DNA of 25,784 bases from an uncultured virus (IMG/VR IMGVR_UViG_2882072473_000006) (taxonomy: Duplodnaviria; Heunggongvirae; Uroviricota; Caudoviricetes). Location of the stretch: the IMG/VR virus record IMGVR_UViG_2882072473_000006; one strand, 5' to 3'. How positions within the stretch are numbered: position 1 is the first letter of the stretch; the number at the start of each line of letters is the position of its first letter. Below the pieces are notes generated by a model. It was not told where the DNA came from, did not search any database, and saw only the letters and a program-made list of their open reading frames with translations. Of this stretch, positions 25,176 through 25,784 are shown in pieces. The position numbers were made by a program, and so were the translations under genes.

Positions 25176-25784
25176 ATGATCAGCTATATCGAGTACCTGA
25201 ACATACCTATCGCTTTAGGTCTGGCTATTATCGGCGTTTTTTTGATCATGCAGATCGTTGGCGAAATTTTGGAGTTTAAGGGGAAAGTCGTTCCCGAGTT
25301 CATTAAGATCAGGAAATATTTTGCTCGGAAGAAGCAGGAACGGCAGACCATGCGAGAAATGTCCGCGACGATTCACGATGTGGAGACCGTGTTGAACAGC
25401 GTGGAATCCCATTACAGCGAAGATAATATCGCCAAGCGTGACGCCTGGATGAAATGGGTAAATGATAGAGCAGTGGTGTATGATCAGTCCATTGAGGTTC
25501 TGAAAGAAGAAATGGATAAGAACACCGAAATCACCATGTCTCTCTACATTGAAAGCAAGCGCAGTTCGATCATAAGTTTTGCCTCGTACTGCGTTTGCCC
25601 CGATAATCCTGTGACCAGGGAGCAGTTTAAGCGAGTCTTTCGGATCTATGCGGAATATGAGGAGATCATCAAAGACAACGATCTTCAAAATGGAGAAGTA
25701 GACATCGCTATTCGCATCATTCGAGAAGCGTACGAAAACCACTTGAGAAACGGGTCATTTGTCGAGGATGTGCGTGGATACTGA
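25176..25784 (+). CDS. Hypothetical membrane-anchored phage protein (202 aa)
   Basis: N-terminal hydrophobic helix (IPIALGLAIIGVFLIMQIVG) followed by a helical charged region. The stop TGA is the last three bases of the window. Confidence 0.7.
   Translation: MISYIEYLNIPIALGLAIIGVFLIMQIVGEILEFKGKVVPEFIKIRKYFARKKQERQTMREMSATIHDVETVLNSVESHYSEDNIAKRDAWMKWVNDRAVVYDQSIEVLKEEMDKNTEITMSLYIESKRSSIISFASYCVCPDNPVTREQFKRVFRIYAEYEEIIKDNDLQNGEVDIAIRIIREAYENHLRNGSFVEDVRGY

Overview
This window is the tail, lysis and fibre module of a long-tailed (siphovirus-like) phage or prophage. GC-rich codons and strong AGGAGG ribosome-binding sites suggest a Firmicutes/Clostridia host (inference). All phage genes are on the + strand. 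At the left edge, an AT-rich IS3-family (IS150-like) insertion sequence lies on the - strand and is cut by the window; its OrfA is missing from the ORF track. The gene order after it is: two putative tail chaperones, a three-domain endolysin, two small membrane proteins, an HK97 gp10-like protein, a 3175-aa tape measure protein, a Dit-like and a Tal-like protein, several fibre/baseplate genes, and a 913-aa Ig-repeat adhesin. The main system is a diversity-generating retroelement (DGR). The variable repeat at the adhesin 3' end (22682-22823) matches a template repeat 350 bp downstream (23032-23173) with 21 mismatches, all at template adenines, and a reverse transcriptase follows (23394-24569). 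This DGR is atypical: the RT has QMDN where YxDD is expected, and no recognisable avd accessory gene is adjacent. Other observations are shared terminal motifs among the fibre genes that may build a modular or polymeric fibre, two internal in-frame start sites in the endolysin, and an 11-bp direct repeat bracketing the TR-RT cassette. Product calls rest on motif recognition by eye; no database searches were run.
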